Assembly: GCA_965649205.1 (NCBI GenBank)
Contig: CBFGJV010000011.1
Location: 1 to 64,000, forward strand
DNA length: 64,000 bases
Direction of reading: 5' to 3'
From: a candidate division WOR-3 bacterium
GTDB lineage: Bacteria > Hydrothermota > Tepidihabitantia > Tepidihabitantales > Tepidihabitantaceae
The first letter of the stretch is position 1, and every line of letters begins with the position of its first letter. Of the stretch, positions 10,489-20,239 are shown in pieces. Under the pieces are notes generated by a model, which did no database searches, was not told where the DNA came from, and saw nothing but the letters and a program-made list of their open reading frames with translations. A program made the translations under genes and the position numbers.

Positions 10489-11784
10489 CTAATGGAATTC
10501 AGGCAACCAGGAACCGTGAGCTGCAATAAGGTCATCGCAGAGTTGAACGATATCGTCTATGGAAAGTTCGGCAGATGTATGAGGGTCAAGCAGGGCCGCA
10601 TGGTATATATGTTCTTTTCTGCGGGTAAGGGCGGCTTCTATAGTAAGTAGCTGGGTATTGATGTTGGTCATGTTCAGGGCGGCCAGCTGGGGCGGCAGGG
10701 TACCAACATAGCAGGGGGTGACTCCGTTCCTGTCTACTAAACAGGGTACTTCAACACAAGCCTGGCGGGGAAGATTATCAATAAGTCCGGAATTGAGCAC
10801 GTTGCCGTGAATTCGGTAAGGGGTGTCTGTTTCCATAGCCTCCATTATGTATGAGGCATATTCACTGGTGCGCTGATGGGTTAACCCCGGGTTGTTTACA
10901 AGGGAGTCACGCAACGAATTCCAGTTCTTAATTTGTTGAACACACCGGCGGGGGTACTCGTCTAAGGGTATATTGAACCGTTCTATAAGTTCCGGGTATG
11001 TTCGCTTAATGAAATAGGGCACATATTCGGCATTGTGTTCGCTGGATTCGGTAACATAGTAGCCAAATTGCCTCATTATTTCATAACGTACCATATCCGA
11101 ATGGGGTGCCGGGCGGGCGCGGGCTCGCCGTTTGATTTCGGGATAAAGGTCTTCCCCGTCGCGCGAAATTTCTAACAGCCAAGCCATGTGGTTGATGCCG
11201 GCGATTTTCCAGCGGACATTATCGAGGGGTATTCCCAAAGGCCGGAGCAGGTCCGGAACACAGCTTTGCACACTGTGGCAAAGTCCTACCACTTTGACGT
11301 TGGTAGCGCGCAATAAGGCACCGGTGACTATGGCCATGGGATTCACGTAGTTCAACAGCCAGGCGTCCGGACACACAGCTTCCATGTCGCGACAAAAATC
11401 CAGGAGTACAGGGATGGTTCGCAGGCCGCGGAAAATACCGCCAATGCCAACAGTATCGCCGATTGTCTGGCGTAGGCCGTATTTCTTGGGAATTTCAAAG
11501 TCTATGACGGTGCAGGGCTCATACCCTCCTATCTGTACTGCATTCACAACGTAGTCCGCATCTTTGAGTGCCTGGCGACGGTCGAGGAAACTGGTTATGC
11601 GAGCCCGGTTACCACAATTGCGATTGATGTTTTCCAGCATTGTTTGAGATTCCTGCAAGCGCTGCGGATCAATGTCATGTAAGGCGATTTCGGAATCAGC
11701 GAGAGCGGGTGTAAGCATGCAGTCACCCAGTACGTTCTTGGCGAAGACGGTGCTTCCTGCACCGAGGAAGGTAATCTTTGGCAT
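10489..11784 (-). CDS. melA: GH4 NAD+-dependent alpha-galactosidase/glucosidase
   Basis: KITFLGAGSTVF, QTIGDTVGIGG, NYVNPM, GLCHSV, GINHMAW, TESSEH. Confidence 0.9.
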   Translation of the reverse strand: MPKITFLGAGSTVFAKNVLGDCMLTPALADSEIALHDIDPQRLQESQTMLENINRNCGNRARITSFLDRRQALKDADYVVNAVQIGGYEPCTVIDFEIPKKYGLRQTIGDTVGIGGIFRGLRTIPVLLDFCRDMEAVCPDAWLLNYVNPMAIVTGALLRATNVKVVGLCHSVQSCVPDLLRPLGIPLDNVRWKIAGINHMAWLLEISRDGEDLYPEIKRRARARPAPHSDMVRYEIMRQFGYYVTESSEHNAEYVPYFIKRTYPELIERFNIPLDEYPRRCVQQIKNWNSLRDSLVNNPGLTHQRTSEYASYIMEAMETDTPYRIHGNVLNSGLIDNLPRQACVEVPCLVDRNGVTPCYVGTLPPQLAALNMTNINTQLLTIEAALTRRKEHIYHAALLDPHTSAELSIDDIVQLCDDLIAAHGSWLPEFH

Positions 11785-11798
11785 AGTTTTCCTCCTGG

Positions 11799-12992
11799 TT
11801 AGATAAATTTGATTCTGACACCAGCTGCGGCTTTGGTAATTATGAAACTGGGACGCAACCCAGTAATCCGAGAATAGGGGTCACATATCCGTGCGGCAAT
11901 TTTCTTGGCAGCAGAACTGTGCACAAGCGCAATGGCACAGCCACCAAATCCTGCGCCGGTGAGCCGCGCACCATAACATCCGGTCTGCTGCTGAAGCAGA
12001 TTAACCATCATATCAAGTTCTGGACAGCTTACTTCGTAAAGGTCACGTAGGCTGGCGTGGGAAGCGTTCATGATGCGGCCGGCTTGCTGCAGATTCGCCT
12101 TTTGAAGAGCGGTTGCAAATTTTATAACGCGAGCGTTTTCTTCCACCACGTGCCGGGTCCGGCGGACAAGAAGTTGAGGCAAGTTCGACTTCTTTAGCAT
12201 TGTCAGCGTGGCGTGGCGTAGGGATTTTACACCAAGAAGACGGGCGGCTTCTGCACATTCCTGGCGACGTTTGTTGTAAGCAGAGGAACTAAGTTGGCGG
12301 CGCTTGCCAGTGTCGGCGATTAGCAGGCTGCAGCCCGATGGCAGTTTGACAGGTTTGATTTTCAGACTAAGACAATCAATAAGCAGGGTGTGGTTCCTTT
12401 TTCCATACAACACTGCAAGTTGATCCATCAGACCACACTTGGTGCCGGCGTATGCATGCTCTGCTTTCTGGGCAAGAAAAGCTGATTCCTGTACGGTTAA
12501 CTGGATTGGGCCGGACAGCCTTAAGAGCAGTTTCAGAATAGCTAATTCCAAGGCGGCAGAGGAGGATAAGCCCGCACCAATGGGAAGGTTTCCGTGAATG
12601 AGGATATTTGCTCCCGTAAGTTCAATACCACGCTCAAGGAGCAGATCACATATTCCTTGAATATAGGTATGCCATGAAGACTCCCGGTTGGGAGAAAGCA
12701 TACGGCAAGATACTGTTTTCGTTTTTCGTCGGGTAGCCGGAGGGAGAGAAAAAATTGCGGATTCCTTGAGGTCATAAGCAATGACTTGAACAATACGGTC
12801 TCTGCGTTTTTTTCCGCCAGCGTAAATTGCTGGTTCTATAGCTGCCGGCATTACGAAGCCTTCATTGTAGTCAGTATGCTCACCAATCAGATTTACTCTT
12901 CCCGGTGCGCGTACGAGAAGTTGCGGTTTTTCTCCGAATTTGTCTTTGAACAATTTCGGTACTTTTCTGGAGATTATGTTGTCTGGTGGCAC
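11799..12992 (-). CDS. galK: Galactokinase
   Basis: [43 protein letters not shown]. Confidence 0.96.
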   Translation of the reverse strand: MPPDNIISRKVPKLFKDKFGEKPQLLVRAPGRVNLIGEHTDYNEGFVMPAAIEPAIYAGGKKRRDRIVQVIAYDLKESAIFSLPPATRRKTKTVSCRMLSPNRESSWHTYIQGICDLLLERGIELTGANILIHGNLPIGAGLSSSAALELAILKLLLRLSGPIQLTVQESAFLAQKAEHAYAGTKCGLMDQLAVLYGKRNHTLLIDCLSLKIKPVKLPSGCSLLIADTGKRRQLSSSAYNKRRQECAEAARLLGVKSLRHATLTMLKKSNLPQLLVRRTRHVVEENARVIKFATALQKANLQQAGRIMNASHASLRDLYEVSCPELDMMVNLLQQQTGCYGARLTGAGFGGCAIALVHSSAAKKIAARICDPYSRITGLRPSFIITKAAAGVRIKFI

Positions 12993-14128
12993 TTGAGAGT
13001 ATAGTGTTTTTCTGACATTGCCCGTAAACGCCGGGCTGCCAGTTCGGGTAGAATGTCCCGTTGAGGTTCAGCCAGGAGTTCAAAGCCTACCATGAACTTG
13101 CGGTTGGTGGCAGAGCGTAGTAGAGGAGGGTAGCAGTGAGCATGAAGTAACCAGCACTGGTGGGAGGTCCCGACCGGTTGCTGATGCCACCCCAGCGAAT
13201 AGGGGAAAGGAGACTGGAACAGGTTGTCATATCGGGTAGTGAGACGGCGGAGAATGTCGGCAAGGCTGTTTCTCTCGTCCTTCCGAAGGTCAAGCAGCCT
13301 GGCGACTGGCCGGCGAGGCAGAATCAGAGTTTCATATGGCCACACAGCCCAGAAGGGTACAAGTGTCACAAAGTGCTTGTTCTGGCATACCAGGCGTTCT
13401 TCACTCCTGAGTTCGAAGCGGAGATAGTCAAGAAGAAGAAATTTACCCCCTTTCTTTCTGAAATACTGATGCTGGTTTTTGGTCTCTATAACTACCTCGC
13501 TTGGTACATAATCCGTAGCCCAAATCTGACAATGCGGATGAGGGCTGCTAGCTCCCATCAGTTCTCCGCGATTTTCAAATACCTGTACGTACTTGATCGC
13601 GGGGATACTCATAAGCTGTCGGGTTTGTTCTGCCAGAACATCAACGACTCTGCGTATATCAGCGGGTTTCATTAAGGGTAGCGACAGATTATGTTGCGGG
13701 GAAAAACAAACAACACGACAAAAACCTCTTGCCCTTTGCAAGCGCAGGTCAAAATCTCTTGCAACTCGGCGTAACCTTTTCACTTCTGTCGGATCTGGGG
13801 AGAAGGTTGGAGGTGGGGCACAATTCGTAGACGTATTTTCTTCTGGTGTCAAGGCTGGAAAATCGTTGTCGAATACGAAGGGCCCTCTGTATTCTGGATT
13901 ACGGACACCACTAGCACGAATGTTTCCAGGACATAAGTAGCACTTGGGGTCGTAGTCCGGGAGAGTTTTCTGGACAGATTGCTCCACTTTTCCCTGCCAG
14001 GGTCGGTCAAGTCTGTCTGGTGATACAAGTACCCATCTGCCAGTTAGGGGATTATATCGGCGGTGGGACGTAAACAGAATAGGGTTACTGTGCTCAAGAT
14101 TGAGGCGCTCGGCCTGTGACTTGCTCAT
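12974..14128 (-). CDS. galT: Galactose-1-phosphate uridylyltransferase
   Basis: [24 protein letters not shown] catalytic motif (SSPHPHCQ), RKFMVGFE. Start at ATG 14128 downstream of AAGGAGG. Confidence 0.95.
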   Translation of the reverse strand: MSKSQAERLNLEHSNPILFTSHRRYNPLTGRWVLVSPDRLDRPWQGKVEQSVQKTLPDYDPKCYLCPGNIRASGVRNPEYRGPFVFDNDFPALTPEENTSTNCAPPPTFSPDPTEVKRLRRVARDFDLRLQRARGFCRVVCFSPQHNLSLPLMKPADIRRVVDVLAEQTRQLMSIPAIKYVQVFENRGELMGASSPHPHCQIWATDYVPSEVVIETKNQHQYFRKKGGKFLLLDYLRFELRSEERLVCQNKHFVTLVPFWAVWPYETLILPRRPVARLLDLRKDERNSLADILRRLTTRYDNLFQSPFPYSLGWHQQPVGTSHQCWLLHAHCYPPLLRSATNRKFMVGFELLAEPQRDILPELAARRLRAMSEKHYTLKCHQTT

Positions 14129-14211
14129 TACCGCATTATAGCCTCCTTTAGGCACAAGTTCCATTCCGTTGTCGTGCCTTTGCCTCTCTTGATAGGGAAG
14201 GAGAGCAAGGC

Positions 14212-14247
14212 TTGACATGGTAAACCGGTAGTTGCATAATTGTGCAA
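14212..14247 (+). promoter_or_regulatory. sigma70 promoter with overlapping inverted repeat (putative ArsR operator)
   Basis: TTGACA (14212-17), 17 nt, CATAAT (14235-40). Imperfect palindrome TTGCATAATTGTGCAA (14232-47) covers the -10 box. Confidence 0.65.
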
Positions 14248-14257
14248 ATATACAATA

Positions 14258-14593
14258 ATGGAGAAAATGGAAGTAGTGTTCGTAGCCTTGGCCAATCCAG
14301 TGCGACTTGCCATTCTGGATCTGCTCTCCAAAGGCGAGTGCTGTCTATGCCAGATTACGCCCTGTTTTTCTCAGGATCCGTCGGTTATTTGCCGCCATCT
14401 ACATATTCTCGAGCAGGCGGGGTTAATTGTTGCACGCCGCGAGGGTCGTTGGATGCGCTATCGCATAGCGGACGTAACCGTTCTGAAGCTGGTAACCACG
14501 GCGCGGCGACTGGTGAGGAAAATTGGGTCAGAGCGGCATACAACGCGTCGGCGCGAGGCGTTGGAGCCGATGACGAAAACGAATGCTCAGTAA
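14258..14593 (+). CDS. ArsR/SmtB family metalloregulator
   Basis: [42 protein letters not shown]. Confidence 0.9.
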   Translation: MEKMEVVFVALANPVRLAILDLLSKGECCLCQITPCFSQDPSVICRHLHILEQAGLIVARREGRWMRYRIADVTVLKLVTTARRLVRKIGSERHTTRRREALEPMTKTNAQ

Positions 14594-14701
14594 TACCGCA
14601 TACCTCCGCAGATCCGGGAAAGATAGTTATGTGCGTGTGGCACAAACCGCTGATGCCTGCTGGGGTGTAAGCTCGTGTTGTTACAACAAGACTGAAAACT
14701 G

Positions 14702-15433
14702 GTGGTAACGAAACCGTATGGAAACGCACCTGTGCTAACCAACCTGCTTGGCAGCGCCGACAAGCTCATCACTAGTCAGCCTTTGCTCGCCGTGCCGGTT
14801 GTTTTCCTGGGTGGGCTTGCTACGGCGCTCAATCCGTGTGTGCTTGCTTCGATTCCCTTAGCCATCGGTTTTGTGGGCGGTTACACGACAGGTCGTAGCA
14901 AGGGTTATGCTCTTTTGCTTGCCTTCTTTCTATTCTTGGGTATTGCCGCAGCATTCACCGCGCTGGGGATGATTGCCGGGTTGGCAGGTACGCTTTTCGG
15001 CACCACCTCCAAGTTCTGGCCCGTACTTATCATCATAGTCTGTGTTATGATGGGTGGGCAGATTCTTTTCTTTCCGAAATTTGAAATTCCCTTGCCGCGC
15101 GGGTTCACGCCCAAGGTTGGTGGCATCATCGGCGCTTTCCTTTTGGGCGCTCTGACCGGCGTTATCGCTACGCCTTGCGCGATGCCGATTCTGGCAGTTA
15201 TTCTGTCCTATGTCGCTTCCAGGGGGAATGTGATCTACGGGGGGCTTTTGCTCTTTACCTATGCACTCGGCCATTCGGTGCTGGTACTCGTAGCCGGCAG
15301 CTCAATAGGCATTGCGGAGGCGATGGTAAACTCCAAGGAGTTGAGGAAAACTTCTGTCGTTATTAAGAAAGTCTCAGGCGTACTGCTCCTGCTGGTGGCG
15401 ACATATTTTGTTTATGGGTTATTCAAACGATAA
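14702..15433 (+). CDS. ccdA: CcdA/DsbD-family transmembrane thiol-disulfide transporter (start uncertain)
   Basis: Two PC motifs (LNPCVL, ATPCAMP) in about 6 hydrophobic helices. Confidence 0.88.
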   Translation: MVTKPYGNAPVLTNLLGSADKLITSQPLLAVPVVFLGGLATALNPCVLASIPLAIGFVGGYTTGRSKGYALLLAFFLFLGIAAAFTALGMIAGLAGTLFGTTSKFWPVLIIIVCVMMGGQILFFPKFEIPLPRGFTPKVGGIIGAFLLGALTGVIATPCAMPILAVILSYVASRGNVIYGGLLLFTYALGHSVLVLVAGSSIGIAEAMVNSKELRKTSVVIKKVSGVLLLLVATYFVYGLFKR

Positions 15434-15450
15434 AAACTGGAGGTTGAGCG

Positions 15451-15960
15451 ATGAAACACATTACTCTTGTCGTCTTCGGAGGTGTTTTGCTCCTCATGCT
15501 GCTTTCCGGATGTCCCAGGGTGCCAAAATCTCCCGGAAATACACCCAAGGGCGCCACAGTTCTTACTGGGCAGGAGAAGAGTTATGAAACATCTTCTGCG
15601 GGAGATTCTGCGGTAGTCCAGACTGCACCGGATACATTTTCGGCCAAACCCAAGCTAGAACAGCAGCCGCCGTCCAAGCCCAAAGCCTTACCTCGAATGT
15701 GGGATTATGGTTCGACCAATTGCCTGCCTTGCATAGAGATGGAGAAGATACTCAAACCGCTGATGTCTGAATACCAGGGTAAGGTTGATATTCGTATCAT
15801 CAATGTTTATCAGGAACAACAACTGGCAAAGCAGGCAAGAATTCAGGTGATTCCAACCCAGGTATTCTACGACACAGACGGCAAAGAATTGTTCCGTCAC
15901 GTCGGGGTGTATCCTCGCGATTCAATCCTCGCCAAGTTCAGAGAATTCGGCTGGGAGTAA
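15451..15960 (+). CDS. Thioredoxin-fold lipoprotein
   Basis: Lipobox LSGC, Pro-rich linker, CLPC active site, IPTQVFYD cis-Pro loop. Confidence 0.88.
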   Translation: MKHITLVVFGGVLLLMLLSGCPRVPKSPGNTPKGATVLTGQEKSYETSSAGDSAVVQTAPDTFSAKPKLEQQPPSKPKALPRMWDYGSTNCLPCIEMEKILKPLMSEYQGKVDIRIINVYQEQQLAKQARIQVIPTQVFYDTDGKELFRHVGVYPRDSILAKFREFGWE

Positions 15961-15963
15961 CTT

Positions 15964-17136
15964 ATGAAGGAACGCACTAAGTTTTTCATAATCCTCGCTG
16001 CGTTCCTGCTCTTCTATTTCCTGCCGGTGGAACATGCCCGGGTACAAGGAGCATTGCTCGAAGGTTTTCTGATGCTGCAAGATTACGCCCGGCTCCACGT
16101 GCTTCTCTGCCTGGTGCCAGCTTTTTTCATCGCTGGTGCAATCCAGAACTTCATCTCCAAGGAAGCGGTGCTCAAGTACTTCGGCCCGAAGTCAAACAAG
16201 GTGCTGGCGTATTCCGTCGCGTCGGTATCGGGCGCGATTCTCGCGGTCTGCTCCTGCACCGTGCTCCCGATGTTCATGGGCATCTACTACGCAGGCGCGG
16301 GTCTGGGCGTCGCCTCGACGTTCCTCTATTCCGGCCCGGCCATCAACGTCCTTGCCATTCTGATGACCGGCCGCGTGCTGGGCCTGGAGCTTGGGGCGGC
16401 ACGCGCCATCGGCGCAGTTGTCTTCTCGGTAGTCATCGGACTGGGTATGGCGCTTATCTTCTTCAGGTCGGAACGCCGGCGGGCCGAAGGCGCCGGTATC
16501 GCCGGACTCTCTTCGGAAGCGGCCCGGCGCAACCTCGGCCAGAACATCCTCTACTTCGCTGCGATGATTGCCTTCCTTGTCTTCGCCAACTGGGGCAAAC
16601 CCAAAGAACCCATCGGCTTCTTCAGCGCGGTCTATTCGGTCAAGTGGTTCATCGCCGGCGCATTCCTGCTCACCACGCTCTTGATGGTCTGGCGCTGGTT
16701 TTCGGGAGACGAAAGAAAGGCCTGGGTTCAGTCAACCTGGACCTTTGCCAAGCAGATTCTACCCCTGCTCCTCGGCGGCGTCTTTGTTGCCGGGTTCCTT
16801 CTGGGTCGGCCTGGGCTGAACGCGGGCATCATTCCGGACGGCATCATCGCCAACCTCGTCGGCGGCAACTCGCTCTGGGCCAACCTGTTTGCTTCGGTCT
16901 CGGGCGCGCTGATGTACTTCGCCACCCTGACTGAGATACCGATATTGCAGGGGCTGCTCGGCTCCGGAATGGGCAAAGGCCCGGCGCTCGCCTTGCTCCT
17001 CTCCGGCCCGGCGCTCTCCCTGCCCTCAATGATAGTCATCACCCGCACCATCGGTCCGAAGAAGGCACTTGCCTTCATCGGCCTTGTGGTAGTCCTCTCA
17101 ACCCTGGCTGGCTTGGCGTATGGAGCAGTTGTATAA
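15964..17136 (+). CDS. DUF318/ArsP-family permease
   Basis: CLVPAFFIAGAI, LAVCSCTVLPMF, FLYSGPAIN, MYFATLTE, GPALSLP. Confidence 0.9.
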   Translation: MKERTKFFIILAAFLLFYFLPVEHARVQGALLEGFLMLQDYARLHVLLCLVPAFFIAGAIQNFISKEAVLKYFGPKSNKVLAYSVASVSGAILAVCSCTVLPMFMGIYYAGAGLGVASTFLYSGPAINVLAILMTGRVLGLELGAARAIGAVVFSVVIGLGMALIFFRSERRRAEGAGIAGLSSEAARRNLGQNILYFAAMIAFLVFANWGKPKEPIGFFSAVYSVKWFIAGAFLLTTLLMVWRWFSGDERKAWVQSTWTFAKQILPLLLGGVFVAGFLLGRPGLNAGIIPDGIIANLVGGNSLWANLFASVSGALMYFATLTEIPILQGLLGSGMGKGPALALLLSGPALSLPSMIVITRTIGPKKALAFIGLVVVLSTLAGLAYGAVV

Positions 17137-17142
17137 TCAGCC

Positions 17143-18858
17143 ATGATACCCAAGGCGATTCGGCGCGAACATGTCCTAAAGGCCATCGAGGAGATAGACA
17201 AGAATGGAGCGCCCGAGCACAGGAAAGCCAAGAAGTTCCATCTCCGTTTTCGGGGACAAGACTACTCGCCCAAGCTGATTCTCTCGTTGGCCAGCCGCTT
17301 CGCATGTGGCCGTGAGCTTCGCCCGTCCGAGTTCGGCGGAGGCAGGGAGACTAACAACTTCCTGGAACGCCTTAGTTTCAAGATAACGGGCCAAGAAAAG
17401 CTTCTCCCGTCCAAAAAGAAAGCGCGACATAGCGATCGGTGTAGCGACTGCAAGAACGCCATCATCGAATTCCTGCGTCGGGCATATGGAACCGTCAAGG
17501 TTGACCACAGAATCCACGTGCCGGCGAGATTGGGTGGTTACCGTACCTATGGGTGCTACAACGCACTGAAGCGCATACACGCTGCTCTTCAGCAGTACAG
17601 GGGCCACGGTGACTTCGTAAGGCTTAGGAACTTGCACCGCTGCGATGCCTTCATACCCAGTGCCAACAGGGACGTTGAGTTCGACGAGTCTCAGCATTTC
17701 ACGATGGCTCGGCATATCGCGCTCTCCCACTACCCGGTGGATCTGCCGCTTGGCTTCGATAAGCAGGAGTGGATGGAGTACTGTGAGAAGACCCGGGCCA
17801 GTGACCGTGACCCGGCCTTTCGTGACGAACAACGGGCCTGGTATGACACGCTACGTGACTTCCTGCCACTGACCAAAGGGCTGAGTCCGACGCTGAGGAT
17901 TAGGATGGGAGATGTCGCATGGTGCTCAATGAATCCTGAAGACCGCGACGACGCAGAGAAGTTCCGCAGTCTGCTGGGGCTGCGCAGGCTGAGTCCAGTC
18001 GGAACGGCTCCACATGACAACAAGGCAGGTGCCAGAATAGTCACGGTGGCCATCGAGTCAGAAGGTAACTACAGCTTCAAGGGCAGGCAGAAGCTGATGA
18101 AGGAAGTCCTAACGAAGATCCAGAAGGTGATCTCGGGCGATTCGAACTTGGTGGTCTTTCCCGCCGGGTTCTTTCATACCCGCCTGGAGTTACCAAGGGG
18201 ACTTGAGGAGTTCACCGCATCGGCTCAGAGGATTCTTACGTCACTGGGTTCGCAGGATGTCGTCTGCTGCGGCATAGATGGACTCGGCGGAAGAGACCAG
18301 CTTGCCGTGGCGGTGAATCATGCGGATGTCCTGGCTGTCGGGCGGAAGTTCTATCCCACCAAGGACGACCGCGCGAACAACGTCCGCCTTGCCGAAGGTT
18401 ACCTTGCCCAGGAAGCCGGTCGAAGCAGAATCTTTGCAGTCGGGAACCGACGATTCTACTTGGCCGTGTGCTACGATGTCTTTGGAATCAGAAAGAAGGG
18501 GCTGCCAAACCCGGATGTTGAAGGTATCATCGCACTGGTACATGAATTCGGCCCCAAGGGTGAAGTTGGCTCCAGTGACCCGTATTTCGCGAAGCACGGC
18601 TTCGCCGGAGCTTCGAAGCAGTGGAGGTGCCCGGTATTCGGAGCGGCCGTCTTCAGCAACAGGGCAGTTCCCGAGAGATGGCCAACAGGGGTCATCTGGA
18701 GTGAAGGAAGCAAGAGCACAAAGCAGTGGCGCTATGAGGACAACCCGATGAAGCCCAGTGCTGAAGTCCACGTCAGAGTAGGTACTGAAGATGCACTGAT
18801 ACGCATCTTCGATCTTCCTACCGCTGGCAGCAACAGAGCCGTGACTGAAAGGAGATGA
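17143..18858 (+). CDS. Three-domain fusion: McrA-type N-terminal head domain, PD-(D/E)XK-like nuclease, carbon-nitrogen hydrolase (nitrilase)-fold domain
   Basis: N-term IPKAIRREHVLKAIEEID...YSPK...FGGGRETNNFL; middle CDAF...VEFDESQHF...RDEQRAWYDTLRD; C-term VVFPAG, RKFYP, LAVCYD. Confidence 0.65.
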   Translation: MIPKAIRREHVLKAIEEIDKNGAPEHRKAKKFHLRFRGQDYSPKLILSLASRFACGRELRPSEFGGGRETNNFLERLSFKITGQEKLLPSKKKARHSDRCSDCKNAIIEFLRRAYGTVKVDHRIHVPARLGGYRTYGCYNALKRIHAALQQYRGHGDFVRLRNLHRCDAFIPSANRDVEFDESQHFTMARHIALSHYPVDLPLGFDKQEWMEYCEKTRASDRDPAFRDEQRAWYDTLRDFLPLTKGLSPTLRIRMGDVAWCSMNPEDRDDAEKFRSLLGLRRLSPVGTAPHDNKAGARIVTVAIESEGNYSFKGRQKLMKEVLTKIQKVISGDSNLVVFPAGFFHTRLELPRGLEEFTASAQRILTSLGSQDVVCCGIDGLGGRDQLAVAVNHADVLAVGRKFYPTKDDRANNVRLAEGYLAQEAGRSRIFAVGNRRFYLAVCYDVFGIRKKGLPNPDVEGIIALVHEFGPKGEVGSSDPYFAKHGFAGASKQWRCPVFGAAVFSNRAVPERWPTGVIWSEGSKSTKQWRYEDNPMKPSAEVHVRVGTEDALIRIFDLPTAGSNRAVTERR

Positions 18859-18859
18859 C

Positions 18860-19099
18860 TTGAAAGTCCAGGTACTCGGAATCGGCTGTGCCCGATGTCA
18901 GGAACTCGAGAAGCGCGTGATGGACGTGCTTGCCGAGCTGAACATCGCGGCCGACATTGAACACGTCAAAGACCTCAAGCTCTTCGCCTCGATGGGTGTC
19001 TTCATGACGCCCGGGCTTGTCATTGACGGGAAGGTCGCCTCTCAAGGCAAAGTGCCGTCCAAAGACGAACTGAAGAAGATGCTCGGCGCGGGCAAGTAG
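18860..19099 (+). CDS. Small thioredoxin/glutaredoxin-like protein (MTH895 type)
   Basis: LGIGCARC, TPGLVIDG. TTG start after GAAAGGAG. Confidence 0.9.
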   Translation: MKVQVLGIGCARCQELEKRVMDVLAELNIAADIEHVKDLKLFASMGVFMTPGLVIDGKVASQGKVPSKDELKKMLGAGK

Positions 19100-19101
19100 C
19101 C

Positions 19102-19500
19102 ATGGCTGGGTGTTGCACCTCGAACGAACCAAGCTGCACCTGCGGCTCGAAGGACGTCCTGCTGCTGGCCTGCTCCGGCGGCTCGAACGTCGGACAGATT
19201 GCCAACGATGCGGCCAAGGCGCTCGACGGCTATGGCCAAGGTTCGATGTACTGCGCCATCGGCGTCGGTGCGCAACTAGAGAGTTTCGTCAAGAACGTCC
19301 GAGAGAACCCGTGCGTCGCGATTGACGGCTGTCCGGTAGCCTGCGTGCGCAAGTCATTGGAGAACGTCGGGGTGAGACCGGCGGTGCATGTGGTCGTCAC
19401 CGAACTGGGCATCAAGAAGCACGGCCAGTTCGACCACACCAACGACGACATGGCCAAGGTCGTCGGCGCAGTCGTGGACGCGCTGGCGCATAAGCCATGA
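19102..19500 (+). CDS. DGC-domain putative zinc-binding protein
   Basis: ACSGGSNVGQ, MYC, IDGCPVAC; Cys-rich N-terminus. Confidence 0.9.
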   Translation: MAGCCTSNEPSCTCGSKDVLLLACSGGSNVGQIANDAAKALDGYGQGSMYCAIGVGAQLESFVKNVRENPCVAIDGCPVACVRKSLENVGVRPAVHVVVTELGIKKHGQFDHTNDDMAKVVGAVVDALAHKP

Positions 19501-19754
19501 GCGCCCAACCCGACCCGCTCGTCTGCTATTGCGGCAAGGTCACGCGCGGTCGGATCATCTCTGCCATCCGCGCCGGGGCGATATCGCTCAAGCAGATTCA
19601 GGAGACGACCGGTGCCGGCGTCGGCGACCGCTGCAAGGAACTGAACCCTAAAGGCGTCTGCTGCATTCCGGACATCCTCGCCATTCTCAAAGAGGTAACC
19701 GGCACGAAAGAGACCGGCGGCTGCACCTGCCCGCGCTGCGGCCCGAAGCGGTAG
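19497..19754 (+). CDS. BFD-like [2Fe-2S]/metal-binding small protein
   Basis: VCYC...TTGAG...C..LNPKGVCC, C-terminal CTCPRC. ATGA overlap with the DGC gene. Confidence 0.85.
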   Translation: MSAQPDPLVCYCGKVTRGRIISAIRAGAISLKQIQETTGAGVGDRCKELNPKGVCCIPDILAILKEVTGTKETGGCTCPRCGPKR

Positions 19755-19833
19755 CTGTGCCCGTACTGGCCAATCCCGATGGTTTGCAGGTCTGCCGGCT
19801 TTGCAGAGCCGCGAAGTAGGCTAGAATGTAGCT

Positions 19834-19974
19834 ATGCAAATGAAACAACCACTCTTGCTGATAATGCTTGTCGTTACTCTGCTGGCCGCATGCGGCGAGA
19901 AGAAACCCGCGGCAAGCGGCAATCCGACCGACAGTACTCCGAAACCGGTGAACCCGTGCCCTACTGGTCGTTGA
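19834..19974 (+). CDS. Small lipoprotein, 46 aa (49 aa to TAG 19983 if the UGA is Sec); not in the ORF track
   Basis: MQMKQPLLLIMLVVTLLAAC GEKKPAASGNPTDSTPKPVNPCPTGR*. Lipobox LAAC; TAGAAT -10 box 6 nt before the ATG. Confidence 0.65.
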   Translation: MQMKQPLLLIMLVVTLLAACGEKKPAASGNPTDSTPKPVNPCPTGR

Positions 19975-20080
19975 GGATACTAGCCCCGGCGCGTGTCGCC
20001 GGGCATTGAGAGAATCTGCACGAACGGTGACGCTTCTGTGAAATAGATACTCGGCTGTAGCCACAGAGAAGCTCTGCCGG

Positions 20081-20212
20081 ACGATGCTCTACGGCCTTTC
20101 CTCGGGTGCGGCACTTGCCACGGTTGTTGGCGTCCTCATCGAAGTCCCGGTGATGCTCCTCTTGGTACGCATCTGCCTGCGCACGCGGCACTGGTTTCCG
20201 GTCCGGGCCTGA
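20081..20212 (+). pseudogene. acr3: 3' remnant of Acr3 arsenite efflux permease
   Basis: Translates to [43 protein letters not shown], the Acr3 C-terminal signature ([17 protein letters not shown]). No 5' part present. Confidence 0.85.
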
Positions 20213-20239
20213 TCAGCAACACGGCTCGTCGGTGCAGAG

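Noticed and set aside
10454..10491. Cys-UGA at the end of the last hdrA as possible selenocysteine
   Set aside because: The protein is already complete by comparison with its paralog, and no SECIS-like hairpin follows.
11799..14128. Short extra loops in GalT and GalK
   Set aside because: They fall in variable regions and all catalytic motifs are intact; ordinary Leloir pathway genes.
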